From Nemertoderma westbladi (taxonomy: Eukaryota > Animalia > Xenacoelomorpha), in contig JAUCBJ010001846.1 of the NCBI GenBank assembly GCA_032718475.1, positions 62,001 to 126,000 of the forward strand: a stretch of 64,000 bases of DNA, given 5' to 3'. Position 1 is the stretch's first letter; each line of letters opens with the position of its first letter. The notes beneath the pieces were generated by a model. That model saw only the letters and a list, made by a program, of their open reading frames with translations, made no database searches and was not told the DNA's origin. Positions 18,425 to 28,377 of the stretch are shown here, one piece after another. Both the position numbers and the translations under genes were made by a program.

Positions 18425-19084
18425 TTATTGGTTAAGACCAACAGCCACTGCACCCTCATAATTTAAATAAACCTGATAATGTTTTGATTCCCAACGCCTT
18501 GAAACCGCATCATCCAAAAACACAATTAAACGATGGGGTGTGAAATGGGAAGCAATGATGATCGAAATATGGTGATTAATAGTTAGCGCATGTTGGTTAT
18601 TCTCAATGCGAAGCCCTGTCAGTTCAAGGCCCTTATATTTAGCCAGCAAATCAATATACAAATGGGCTTGATGAGTTAACGAAGCAATATCGGTGCCAAA
18701 CAATTGATAAAGTGGCTTATCAAGCGCTGCTCGATCAACCATGCGCCCCAACCGATCCACCACTTTTTTATTGTTCCAAAGTGCCCAAGGCTTTTCCCAA
18801 TTCACATATAAAAATAATTGATTCAAACGACCTCGACGCAACCAAATGCGAGCATTGCTGGGAAAAAAATCAGCTAAAACCGTTTGAATCGCCAAAAGGT
18901 CTGGCCACGTTCCAAAGGTGGTAAGTGCTTGTATTTTTTCTTTTAAACGTGCGCGGTCAATTAAGTGGGGGCTTTTAACATGCAATGTAAAAGAATGTGT
19001 TGGCCAACGGTTTAGGTCATTCCAAATACCTGCCAGCAAAATAATCAATAACAATAAACTGCCTAATAAAAAACGAAGCTGCAT
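18425..19084 (-). CDS. ftsQ: Cell division protein FtsQ/DivIB-like (divergent)
   Basis: N-terminal TM, EKPWALWN..VVDRLG, YLNYEGAVAV; directly downstream of ddl. Confidence 0.7.
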   Translation of the reverse strand: MQLRFLLGSLLLLIILLAGIWNDLNRWPTHSFTLHVKSPHLIDRARLKEKIQALTTFGTWPDLLAIQTVLADFFPSNARIWLRRGRLNQLFLYVNWEKPWALWNNKKVVDRLGRMVDRAALDKPLYQLFGTDIASLTHQAHLYIDLLAKYKGLELTGLRIENNQHALTINHHISIIIASHFTPHRLIVFLDDAVSRRWESKHYQVYLNYEGAVAVGLNQ

Positions 19085-19110
19085 GCAAAAACCTTCACTA
19101 AAACCGATAC

Positions 19111-20013
19111 CTAAACTGACTTTGTCAAATCAATTAATTGCTGTACCAATGCATCATATGACAAACCTGCCCCCGCCGCTGCTTTTGGAAAAATACTTTT
19201 CGCTGTCATCCCTGGTACGGTGTTGATCTCCAATAAATAAAAATTATCACCATCGTAGCGGCAATCAATTCTGCCCCAATGCTGACAGCCCAACGTGGAA
19301 AAGGCCTGCTTAATCATTTGGTTTAATTTTGTCTGATGCACAGCAGATAAATCAGCCGGACACAACAGTTGGGGTGGGCTTTCATATTTGGTTTGATAAC
19401 TGTGAATGGGGGCATTTAGGTTAATTTGAACAGATGGGAGTATTTGATCCCCTAAAATGGCCATACTGATTTCAGTTCCCGCAATATATTGCTCAACCAA
19501 CACTTGACTAAATGTTGATTGATCTAAAAAATCATCCAAAGATGTTTGATCCTCCACCAAGGCCAGCCCAATGCTTGATCCGCCGCTAACCGGTTTAACA
19601 ACAGCTGGAAATTCAATTAACCGATCAGCCGGCAACAATTTACCCCCTTTTATAACAAAACCCTTGGGGACACAAAGCCCTGCCTGTTGCCATACCTTTT
19701 TTGTTTTTGCTTTATCAAAACATATGGCCGACTCCTTGGCGCCTGTGCCTAAATAAGGAATCGATTGAGCACCTAGCCAAGCAGCCAATGCGCCATCCTC
19801 CCCCCAATGGCCATGCACTAAATTAATCGCTACGGTAAAACTATTTTTGGTTAAAAAATGTTGATCACTTAAAATCTCGGCGGTTATATCAACTAATGTT
19901 GATCGATACCCCAAATGCTGGCAAGCCTTGGCGAAGGTGTGTCCGCCTTTTAATGAAATTTCTCGCTCAGATGACGGCCCTCCAACCAATATTGCAATCA
20001 ATTCATTAGTCAT
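19111..20013 (-). CDS. ddl: D-alanine--D-alanine ligase
   Basis: GGPSSEREIS, HGHWGEDG and LEINTVPGMT motifs. Confidence 0.96.
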   Translation of the reverse strand: MTNELIAILVGGPSSEREISLKGGHTFAKACQHLGYRSTLVDITAEILSDQHFLTKNSFTVAINLVHGHWGEDGALAAWLGAQSIPYLGTGAKESAICFDKAKTKKVWQQAGLCVPKGFVIKGGKLLPADRLIEFPAVVKPVSGGSSIGLALVEDQTSLDDFLDQSTFSQVLVEQYIAGTEISMAILGDQILPSVQINLNAPIHSYQTKYESPPQLLCPADLSAVHQTKLNQMIKQAFSTLGCQHWGRIDCRYDGDNFYLLEINTVPGMTAKSIFPKAAAGAGLSYDALVQQLIDLTKSV

Positions 20014-20902
20014 TCCCTACAATTCTTACCTCTTTTTCTAAATCAACACCCATTTTTGATCGCACAACATGTTGGATGTGATCAATCAAATATTCAATGT
20101 CTGTGGCAGTTGCTTGCTTAACATTCACAATAAAATTAGCATGCTTACTTGAAACTTTTGCCCCACCAATACCAAACCCTTTTAAACCCGCGGCCTCAAT
20201 TAAAAGCCCTGCAAAATCAGTTGGGGGATTTTTAAATACTGACCCACAGCTTCTTTGATCAACCGGCTGGGTGTTTTTTCGTACCAACAAATAATGTGCA
20301 CAGCCTAGTTTGGCATTATTATCCTCAAAACAAAAACGAGCACCCACAATGACTCCATATATAGGCAAGCGACAAAACCGATACCCAATCTCACAATCCT
20401 TTGGGGTCAAACTATGTAAAACCCCTTGTTGATCCACCACTTCAATAAAGCACACATAATCCCAAATAGAAAAACCATGGGCACCTGCGTTCATCATCAA
20501 AGCCCCCCCTACACTCCCTGGAATGCCCACCAAAAATGCAGCCCCTAGCTGATCATTTTTTTCAACTTCTCTTGCCAAACGCATCACACCAACGCCTGCA
20601 CCAACATCCACTTGTGTACCCGTAAAAGCCATGTTTCTCATTTGACTCAAATTGATCGAAACTCCCAAAAGCCCGCCGTCGCGAACCAGCGTATTGCTCA
20701 TAAATCCCAAAAAGTGAACCGCTATTTCAGGGCAGTACCTTGACCGAAGCTTAAAAAACGCACAAACCTCATCAACACATTTGGGGTAAAACAAATGAGC
20801 CAAAACACCCCCTGCCCCCCAAACACTTAAGCGCTTGGCACACACATCTAAAAGCCATTTATCTTTTGAAAAACTAGGCTGAATCGCTCTTACACCTTGC
20901 AT
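20006..20902 (-). CDS. murB: UDP-N-acetylenolpyruvoylglucosamine reductase
   Basis: GIPGSVGGALMMNAGA, GSVFKNP and KHANFIVN motifs. Confidence 0.96.
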   Translation of the reverse strand: MQGVRAIQPSFSKDKWLLDVCAKRLSVWGAGGVLAHLFYPKCVDEVCAFFKLRSRYCPEIAVHFLGFMSNTLVRDGGLLGVSINLSQMRNMAFTGTQVDVGAGVGVMRLAREVEKNDQLGAAFLVGIPGSVGGALMMNAGAHGFSIWDYVCFIEVVDQQGVLHSLTPKDCEIGYRFCRLPIYGVIVGARFCFEDNNAKLGCAHYLLVRKNTQPVDQRSCGSVFKNPPTDFAGLLIEAAGLKGFGIGGAKVSSKHANFIVNVKQATATDIEYLIDHIQHVVRSKMGVDLEKEVRIVGND

Positions 20903-22299
20903 GTATCACAAAGCGTTTGAGCATGCTCACCAATACTACCCGCCCCTAACATTAGCAACACATCATCGGGCGCTACCAAATCCGTCAACAAATTGACTAG
21001 CTGATCAGATTGATACAGGTAAAATACATCCCCCACAGGGTGTGTGGCTTTAATGGCCTGATACAATACCTCCCCACTACCTTTCACATCAAAGGGTTCC
21101 CCTGCCCCATAGGTGGGTAAAATAATCAGTATTGATAGACTCGCTAAAACTTTTACAAAATCACTTAATAAATTCATGGTTCGGGTGTAGCGATGCGGCT
21201 CAAACACGACCACTAGCCGCCGACCTGAATAAGCCTGCTTAGCTGCCAGTAGACATTGCTCAATCTCTCTGGGATGATGGCAATAATCATCCACTAAATC
21301 AATTTCGCACCCACCTAATACCAAACAATAGGTCGAAAAACGGCGCTTAACCCCCTGATAAGTCGATAAACTAGGTAATAAATTTTTATAATCAAAGCCT
21401 AGCGCGCACAGCACAGCCACCGCAGCCAATAGATTTTGAACGGTATAAACGCCATGTAAATGGGTTTGAATATCTACCAACTCATCCCCTTGATACAAAA
21501 TACTAAACACATTGCCTGTAGACAGATGTTGTCTATTAAATGCCTGAATATCGGCTGTTTTGGACTGCCCATAGGTGATCACACGACCTGAATAATTAGC
21601 CAATAATTTAATGCATGCAGGATCATCTGCACAAACCACTAAACAGCCTTGGGGGTGTATTTGTTGTACAAATTGCAAAAATGCGTTTTGAAACTTATCA
21701 AAAGAGCCTCCATAGTTGGATAAATGGTCATTATCAATATTAAGAATTACCCCAATTTTGGGATTAAGATGTAAAAAACTTTGATCACTTTCATCCCCCT
21801 CGCAAATACAATACGCACTTATCCCTAAATGGGCATTGTATGAATGGCCTTGAGGCTGCCCGCCCATTAAATAGGTGGGGTCTAAGCCTGCTTTTTTCAA
21901 TAAAAATGACAACATCCCCACCACACTGGTTTTGCCATGTGAGCCGCTTACCACAATTGAATGCTCATACCCATTGACAATATGCGCTAATAATTCGCCG
22001 CGAGAAATGGCGGGAATACCTTGCGCTAAGGCTTGAGCTATTTCAGGATTACTTGAATCAATAACGCTAGAGAAAATCACCATATCAGCTGAGCCGACTT
22101 GTGTTTTGCAATGACCGGCGTGTATCGTGGCGCCCGCTCGCTTTAAGTGTTCAGCCAATGGCGTTTGGCGTTTATCAGAACCGTTAACGAGATGCCCTTT
22201 TTTTAAACACAAATACGCCAACGCACTCATACCATGCCCCAATATGCCAATAAAATGAAGACATTTTGGTGAGTTAAAAAAGGAAGACGATATCATCAA
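20890..22299 (-). CDS. murC: UDP-N-acetylmuramate--L-alanine ligase
   Basis: HFIGILGHGMS, GSHGKTS, EGDESD, DDYCHHP and FEPHRYTR motifs. Confidence 0.96.
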   Translation of the reverse strand: MMISSSFFNSPKCLHFIGILGHGMSALAYLCLKKGHLVNGSDKRQTPLAEHLKRAGATIHAGHCKTQVGSADMVIFSSVIDSSNPEIAQALAQGIPAISRGELLAHIVNGYEHSIVVSGSHGKTSVVGMLSFLLKKAGLDPTYLMGGQPQGHSYNAHLGISAYCICEGDESDQSFLHLNPKIGVILNIDNDHLSNYGGSFDKFQNAFLQFVQQIHPQGCLVVCADDPACIKLLANYSGRVITYGQSKTADIQAFNRQHLSTGNVFSILYQGDELVDIQTHLHGVYTVQNLLAAVAVLCALGFDYKNLLPSLSTYQGVKRRFSTYCLVLGGCEIDLVDDYCHHPREIEQCLLAAKQAYSGRRLVVVFEPHRYTRTMNLLSDFVKVLASLSILIILPTYGAGEPFDVKGSGEVLYQAIKATHPVGDVFYLYQSDQLVNLLTDLVAPDDVLLMLGAGSIGEHAQTLCDTCKV

Positions 22300-22475
22300 G
22301 CGGGATTTTTAACCAAAAACTGCGCGCCACAATAGGGGCAGCGCCCAGTGTTTTTTTGATCAATTTCAATATAAACACGCGGGTGTGTCATTTGGTTAGG
22401 GTTAATGGGGCATGAAACCGGTAAATCATTTGGACTCACCTCAAAATAAGATCTCACTTCTGCTTTTTTACTCAT
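22296..22475 (-). CDS. Small CHCC-type zinc-finger protein
   Basis: SCP...HPRVYI...CPYCG; start MSKK overlaps the ilvE stop. Confidence 0.85.
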   Translation of the reverse strand: MSKKAEVRSYFEVSPNDLPVSCPINPNQMTHPRVYIEIDQKNTGRCPYCGAQFLVKNPA

Positions 22476-23395
22476 AGTGCTGTTAGCCATTGTGAATGGT
22501 TTTTTGTGCGGCCGCGAATACAATCAAAATAACGCTGTTGAATCTTTTTGGTAATAGGGCCAGGTTTGCCTGAACCAATGGTTCGCCAGTCAATTTCATA
22601 AATGGGGGTTATCTCGGCTGCTGTGCCTAAAAAAAAGGCTTCATCAGCAATATAGACTTCATCTCTTGTAATCCGCCTGTGAGCATATTCAATGCCCAGC
22701 TCATCCATTAAAGTTAAAAGGGTATCGCTTGTAATACCATTTAACGATGAACCAACCGATGGGGTATGAACCAGGCCATCACGTACGATAAATAAGTTCT
22801 CGCCGCTACCTTCTGCGACAAAACCATCTACATCCAGCATTAATGCTTCATCAAAGCCCGCTTGTTGCGCCTCTTTAAGCGCTAACATGGAGTTAATATA
22901 ATGACCATTGGCCTTAGCGCGACACATCGCCACATTAACGTGATGGCGGTTAAATGATGAGGTTTTAATGCGAATGCCGTTTTCAATGCCTTCATCCCCC
23001 AAATAACTACCCCACGACCACGCCGCAATTGCCACATGTACTTTAAGGCCATCAGCTCGAAGCCCCATGCCCTCTGACCCATAAAAACAAATGGGCCGAA
23101 TGTAGGCATCTTTTAGTTTGTTTTCTCTGAGCACCTCAAGCGTTGCCTGCTTAATTTGTGCCTGTGAAAAGGGGATATCCATTTGTAAAATATGGGCTGA
23201 ATCAAACAATCGACGGATGTGTTCATCTAGGCGAAAAACGACTGTTTGTTGATCATCTGAAAAATACGCCCGTATACCCTCAAATACGCCCATGCCATAA
23301 TGCAGGGTGTGGGTTAGTACATGAACTTTTGCATCTCGCCACGGCAACATTTTGCCATCCATCCAAATCCAACCATCTCGATCCGAAAAATTCAT
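22472..23395 (-). CDS. ilvE: Branched-chain amino acid aminotransferase
   Basis: HTLHYGMGVFEGIRAY, EGSGENLF and GTAAEITP motifs. Confidence 0.97.
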   Translation of the reverse strand: MNFSDRDGWIWMDGKMLPWRDAKVHVLTHTLHYGMGVFEGIRAYFSDDQQTVVFRLDEHIRRLFDSAHILQMDIPFSQAQIKQATLEVLRENKLKDAYIRPICFYGSEGMGLRADGLKVHVAIAAWSWGSYLGDEGIENGIRIKTSSFNRHHVNVAMCRAKANGHYINSMLALKEAQQAGFDEALMLDVDGFVAEGSGENLFIVRDGLVHTPSVGSSLNGITSDTLLTLMDELGIEYAHRRITRDEVYIADEAFFLGTAAEITPIYEIDWRTIGSGKPGPITKKIQQRYFDCIRGRTKNHSQWLTAL

Positions 23396-23406
23396 GCACT
23401 CTCCAA

Positions 23407-24174
23407 TTAATACAGTGTTTTATCCTTAACATGGGCACTGTATTTCGACAGTGCAGCCCTAATATCAGCCTTTAAATCCGCATAAAACGGGGCAAAACTA
23501 GGCCTATTTTGGGTTAAGCCTAACAAATCTTCGGTTACCACAATTTGGCCATCGCAATGATTACCTGAGCCAATACCAATTAAGGGAATATTAACACTTG
23601 ATACGATATTTTTAGCAACATCAGGCTTAACGCATTCTGCCACCAAAGCAAACACCCCGGCATTTGAAAGCGCTTGAGCGCAATCAACCATTGATTTAGC
23701 AAGTTCTGAGTTTCCACCCACTGACAAAAAACGCCCCAAGCGCTTAACATATTGAGGCAACAATCCAATATGACCCATGATAGGAATGCCGCGATTGACT
23801 AAAAATTCAACGGTTGGGATCATGGCCTGATCAACCTCTAATTTCAAAGCATCCGCACCCGTTTTTGCCAATAAATAGGCGGCATTTTCAAAGGCTGTCT
23901 CAGGGTTTTTTTGATAACTTCCAAAGGGCATATCTATCACCACCAAAGCATGGCTGCATGCATTTGCCACACTCAAGCCATGATAAGCCATGGTTTCTAA
24001 ATCAACCGAGAGTGTATTTTTTTGTTGGTTTAACACCATATCCAATGAATCACCCACTAAAATAATATCAACCAAGGGATCAATAATTCCAGCCATTAAA
24101 CCATGGTAAGCGGTGGCTGCAACCCATTGTTCTGGTCGCCCCTTTTTTAGGTGCTCAACAATAACTTTTTGCAT
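23407..24174 (-). CDS. panB: 3-methyl-2-oxobutanoate hydroxymethyltransferase
   Basis: LVGDSL, DMPFGSY, GHIGLLPQ and GIGSG..CDGQI motifs. Confidence 0.95.
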   Translation of the reverse strand: MQKVIVEHLKKGRPEQWVAATAYHGLMAGIIDPLVDIILVGDSLDMVLNQQKNTLSVDLETMAYHGLSVANACSHALVVIDMPFGSYQKNPETAFENAAYLLAKTGADALKLEVDQAMIPTVEFLVNRGIPIMGHIGLLPQYVKRLGRFLSVGGNSELAKSMVDCAQALSNAGVFALVAECVKPDVAKNIVSSVNIPLIGIGSGNHCDGQIVVTEDLLGLTQNRPSFAPFYADLKADIRAALSKYSAHVKDKTLY

Positions 24175-24192
24175 TTTATTTGTAAAAATTGA

Positions 24193-25005
24193 TCAAAAAG
24201 GACTTAAGCGAATGATATAAAACAATAGAATAATCATCAACACTAACCGAAACAGCACCTTAACAACTTCTTCAGATGCCCCATGATGAATTTTTTTGCC
24301 CACAAAACAACCCAGCGGCAAACCTATCATGATTAAAGCACTAGCTGACCAATTAATGTATCCACCCTGCTCGCTTGATTCAACTACCCCTAAATAAGGT
24401 AAAAATATAAACAACAATGTTGAAAAAGTAGTTAAACAAAGCCCTGTTGTAACTGAAAAACGAATGGCTGATTTAGTCGAGAGCCCATAAAAACTATGCA
24501 TATACGGCACAATGAAAAAACCACCGCCTATGCCACACACAATTGCAAGTGGCACAAATAGCACAAGCGGCATTAATCCACCAAAAAAATTAAACCGACT
24601 ATTTCTTAATGCATCTACCCAAAAAGCAGCCGTTTTTGAGCCCCTTAAAAACTGCAATAAAATAACAATGATCAACAACGTAAAAATCCAATGATCAGGT
24701 AATATTTGTAAGGCAAAATTCCCAATCAAAACCCCCACAATTAAATAAGGCAGAGCTTGTTTTAAAAGTTGCCAATCAATTGACCTGCGATGATAAAGGG
24801 TGGAGAATAAAAAACTAGCCGCCATCGCAAGCAAAGTGGTTGCAATACTTTGGGTGAGTAAATCTTGCCCATAATAAAAGCGATTATAAACAAGCAAAGC
24901 GGGTAAAATAACTGAACCACCACCCATCCCTAACAATGCAGTCAAAAGGCCTGTTAAAATGCCAACCAACAATAACAATACATCAATCAATATCGATTCC
25001 ATCAC
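24193..25005 (-). CDS. TauE/SafE family membrane protein
   Basis: LLGMGGGSVILP and GIGGGFFIVP repeats; multiple TM segments. Confidence 0.8.
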   Translation of the reverse strand: MMESILIDVLLLLVGILTGLLTALLGMGGGSVILPALLVYNRFYYGQDLLTQSIATTLLAMAASFLFSTLYHRRSIDWQLLKQALPYLIVGVLIGNFALQILPDHWIFTLLIIVILLQFLRGSKTAAFWVDALRNSRFNFFGGLMPLVLFVPLAIVCGIGGGFFIVPYMHSFYGLSTKSAIRFSVTTGLCLTTFSTLLFIFLPYLGVVESSEQGGYINWSASALIMIGLPLGCFVGKKIHHGASEEVVKVLFRLVLMIILLFYIIRLSPF

Positions 25006-26134
25006 CCCACCCTTTTCTAAAGCAATTAAAATACCCGGCCAAGTTTACCTAGTGGGCGGTTGGGTTAGAGACCACCTGCTAGGGCTTAAATCTTCAGAAA
25101 AAGATTATGTGGTCACTGGCATCACAGCTGATCAAATGCTCAATTTAGGCTTTAAACAAGTTGGCAAGGATTTCCCTGTATTTTTACATCCTACCACACA
25201 TGAAGAATACGCGCTGGCTAGAACTGAAAAAAAACAAGGCGTAGGTTATTATGGCTTTGTTTGTGACGCAAGCCCTCATGTTTCTTTAACGGATGATTTA
25301 TCAAGGCGGGATTTAACCATCAACGCCATTGCCATGGATCAAAATGGCCAAATCATTGATCCGTTTGGTGGTAAGCGGGATATTCAACAAAAAAAACTTC
25401 GTCATATTTCACCCGCCTTTAAGCAGGACCCGGTTCGGGTTTTGCGTGTGGCGCGTTTTGCAACCAAACTAGCACCATTTGGTTTTACCATTGCACAATC
25501 CACCCAGCAAATGATGGCCGATATCGTCAAACAAGGTGAAGCTAGCCACTTAATTGCTGAACGCATATGGCAAGAATTTGTTAAAACACTAAACTACCCC
25601 AATATTAGTGTATTTTTTAACACCCTCAATGATTGCAATGCTCTTGGTATTATTGCCCCCCATATCAACGCTTCGACCATTTGTGCCAATCAAGCCAATA
25701 TTAGTCGTGCTTTTGAGTATTGTGCTGGAGATAAAGCACTGTACTTAGGATTTATACTGCGTGATATGCTACATATTCATATCCAAACGTTACTGACCAA
25801 ACTTAAAGCCAGCAAGCAGATGACAGAGATTGTCTCCAATGCCAGCCTAATTTATGCGTGTTTAACAGGTAACAAACATTCACCCACCGATTATTTAACC
25901 TTTTTTCGTCAATGGGATATTTTTAGAAATCCTAAGCGAGCTAAAACCATACTAGCTTTGTATGCAAAAGTAGACTCTCGGCATGCTAGGCGCATTGAAA
26001 AAATTAATCGTGCTATTGATGGGATTCAACAGTTAGATGCTAGTTCTATTATTAAAAAAAAGAACAATACCAATAAAAATATTAAAGAAATTATGGAATG
26101 CGCTTATTTGGGCGTTATTGAATCGTGTTTATAA
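24959..26134 (+). CDS. cca: tRNA nucleotidyltransferase (CCA-adding enzyme)
   Basis: YLVGGWVRD, EEYALARTE, RRDLTINA and DPVRVLRVARF motifs; start uncertain. Confidence 0.95.
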   Translation: MPTNNNNTSINIDSITPPFSKAIKIPGQVYLVGGWVRDHLLGLKSSEKDYVVTGITADQMLNLGFKQVGKDFPVFLHPTTHEEYALARTEKKQGVGYYGFVCDASPHVSLTDDLSRRDLTINAIAMDQNGQIIDPFGGKRDIQQKKLRHISPAFKQDPVRVLRVARFATKLAPFGFTIAQSTQQMMADIVKQGEASHLIAERIWQEFVKTLNYPNISVFFNTLNDCNALGIIAPHINASTICANQANISRAFEYCAGDKALYLGFILRDMLHIHIQTLLTKLKASKQMTEIVSNASLIYACLTGNKHSPTDYLTFFRQWDIFRNPKRAKTILALYAKVDSRHARRIEKINRAIDGIQQLDASSIIKKKNNTNKNIKEIMECAYLGVIESCL

Positions 26135-26163
26135 AAAAACGCCCACACAAGGCGGGCGTTTTT
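26135..26163. terminator. Bidirectional intrinsic terminator between cca and pstS
   Basis: AAAAACGCCC-9nt-GGGCGTTTTT perfect stem between convergent genes. Confidence 0.85.
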
Positions 26164-26183
26164 AACCAAGATAATTGGAAAAA

Positions 26184-27260
26184 TTAATTCAGAAGTTCTC
26201 TGTATTTTTTAACCAAATTGGCACTTAACGGCACAAAGCCATCTTTTTTCACCACGTTTTGACCTTGTTGTGAGAGCACCATTTTCAAAAACTCAGTTGT
26301 TCTTTTATTCAATCCTTTTTCAGGGTGTTTATTTACATACACATACAATAAACGACTCAACGGATAGCTACCTGAAACAATATTTTCAACCGTTGGCTTT
26401 ACATAAGGCCCACTATTTTTTTTGGCCACTTCAATGGTTTTAACCCCTGAAACGTTATAACCCATACCGGAATACCCAATAGCATTGAGATTAACAGCCA
26501 CTGCTTGTACAACCGCAGCACTGCCGGGCTGCTCGTTCACATCGGATCGATAATCGCCCTTACAAAGGGCTTTTTGCTTAAAATAGCCATAGGTGCCTGA
26601 GACAGAATTACGACCAAATAGTTGAATTTTTGACCGGCTTGTACCAATATCTGACCAATTGTTAATGGGGCTTTTATAGCCACACTTAAGCGTGCTTGAA
26701 AAAATGGCATCAATTTCAGGAATTGTTAACCTCCTAACTTTGTTAGCCGTGTTTACATAAAGCGCTAAGCCATCCAGCGCAACGGGAATTTGTGTGGGTT
26801 CATAGCCAAATCTTTTCACAAAAGAGTCAATTTCTTTTTTCTTCATCGCACGGCTCATGGGGCCAAAGTGAGACGATGATTCTGTCAAGGCAGGAGGCGC
26901 AGTTGAAGAACCAGCCGCCTGAATTTGCATGTTCATGCTCGAATAAAAGTCTCTAAATTTTTCTGACCAAAGTGTCATTAAATTAGCCAACGTATCTGAA
27001 CCCACACTCACCAAATTACCATTGACTCCACTGACTGGTTTATAAATTGGCATGCCCGCTTTGGTGTATTGGGGCGTCATGTCATGATCATATTCTGTTT
27101 GATCGTAGTCGTTCTGATGTACCACATCAGTTTGGTTTTGACCACCGCTAGCATGATAATCATCGGTGTCTTGATTATTAAAATTCATTAATAATGCAAC
27201 ACCAATTCCCACCAAAATAATTAAAGAAAGCCATTTACTTTTCATTATTTGAGTCCTCAT
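26184..27260 (-). CDS. pstS: Phosphate-binding protein PstS (no pstCAB adjacent)
   Basis: SVGSDTL, GSSTAPPAL, GRNSVSGTYGYF and YPLSRLLYVYVN motifs. Confidence 0.93.
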   Translation of the reverse strand: MRTQIMKSKWLSLIILVGIGVALLMNFNNQDTDDYHASGGQNQTDVVHQNDYDQTEYDHDMTPQYTKAGMPIYKPVSGVNGNLVSVGSDTLANLMTLWSEKFRDFYSSMNMQIQAAGSSTAPPALTESSSHFGPMSRAMKKKEIDSFVKRFGYEPTQIPVALDGLALYVNTANKVRRLTIPEIDAIFSSTLKCGYKSPINNWSDIGTSRSKIQLFGRNSVSGTYGYFKQKALCKGDYRSDVNEQPGSAAVVQAVAVNLNAIGYSGMGYNVSGVKTIEVAKKNSGPYVKPTVENIVSGSYPLSRLLYVYVNKHPEKGLNKRTTEFLKMVLSQQGQNVVKKDGFVPLSANLVKKYRELLN

Positions 27261-27541
27261 TGTTATTTTTTTTCAACACCTAATGATCTCAAGGTATCTT
27301 AAGTGCGAGACTACAAGAGTCAAAATAAGGTGTCAACAATTTTATGGCTGGATTGAAATGCTTGATACCAAAAAGTATGAAAGCACCTTTGATTTGTCCA
27401 ATAATATAGACATATTAGGTTATTGTTTCATTCAAAAATAGAGAAATTCTATACAGAAATAATCAAAAATTATTTGCCAAATAAACCACACAATGCGCCC
27501 TATTGAATTCACCTGTCAAAAAAGAGCTAGGCAGACCTGCA

Positions 27542-28303
27542 CTATTTACGAAAAACATATTCATTGCAGCCCATTTTGCCGCCCACTGTCTTTATTTTTT
27601 CCAATTGATAGCCTTTAACTATGATAAAAATCAACAATCTGCTCAGGGGTAGAAACTTCAAAGGGATACCCACCTACCCAGTCAATCAGGTCAACCCAAA
27701 TATTCATGCCCCTAGGTATTTTTCGACGTGTGACTAATTTCAGAACAACGCTTGGCAATGTTGGGTACAAAAGATGCAGCCCAATTAAAATAGGCCGACT
27801 GATCAAAAATTTGTTGTATAACTTTTTAATAACCGTCCAGTACGCACTGGCAAATGGCTGATAATTATACAAAGCAATCAATAACTTGCCGCCCTTTTTG
27901 ACATTCACATTGATATTTTCCAATGCGTTGTACATATTGCCTGTGTGGTGCAGCACACCCCACGAATACACAATATCGAATGTGCCTATCTTTTTTAGAT
28001 AATCAACATCCAACGCCGAGCCTTCCTCAATGTGCCATTTGTCATCATTTTTGAAGTATCTGAGCTTCAACTCACGGGTGCAAGCCACACACGCTGGATC
28101 ATAATCAAATGAAAAAACACGAGCGCCCAGCCGCCTTGACGCCAAAGAAAACAAGCCACTACCTAAAAAAGATAAGCCCGCTAAAGTGCTCCCAAAATTT
28201 CTTTTTAAGCTATTTTCGGCCTCGACAATACGTTGCTCCCCCAATTGGCACCGAATTTAAACCGACGCCCGTCTTTAACTTCCTCACGATGCGTTGATAT
28301 CAA
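27542..28303 (-). pseudogene. Class I SAM-dependent methyltransferase, degraded
   Basis: RFKFGANW N-terminus and GGKMGCNEYVFRK C-terminus are out of frame with ORF 27615-28244; SAM motif appears shortened (SFLGSGLFS); YSWGVLHHTG present. Confidence 0.8.
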
Positions 28304-28377
28304 AAAAACCTCTATAGACCTAAACATCCAATGATAAACTATTATAAAGAAATGCCAACACTCACCACCTGCTTTGG

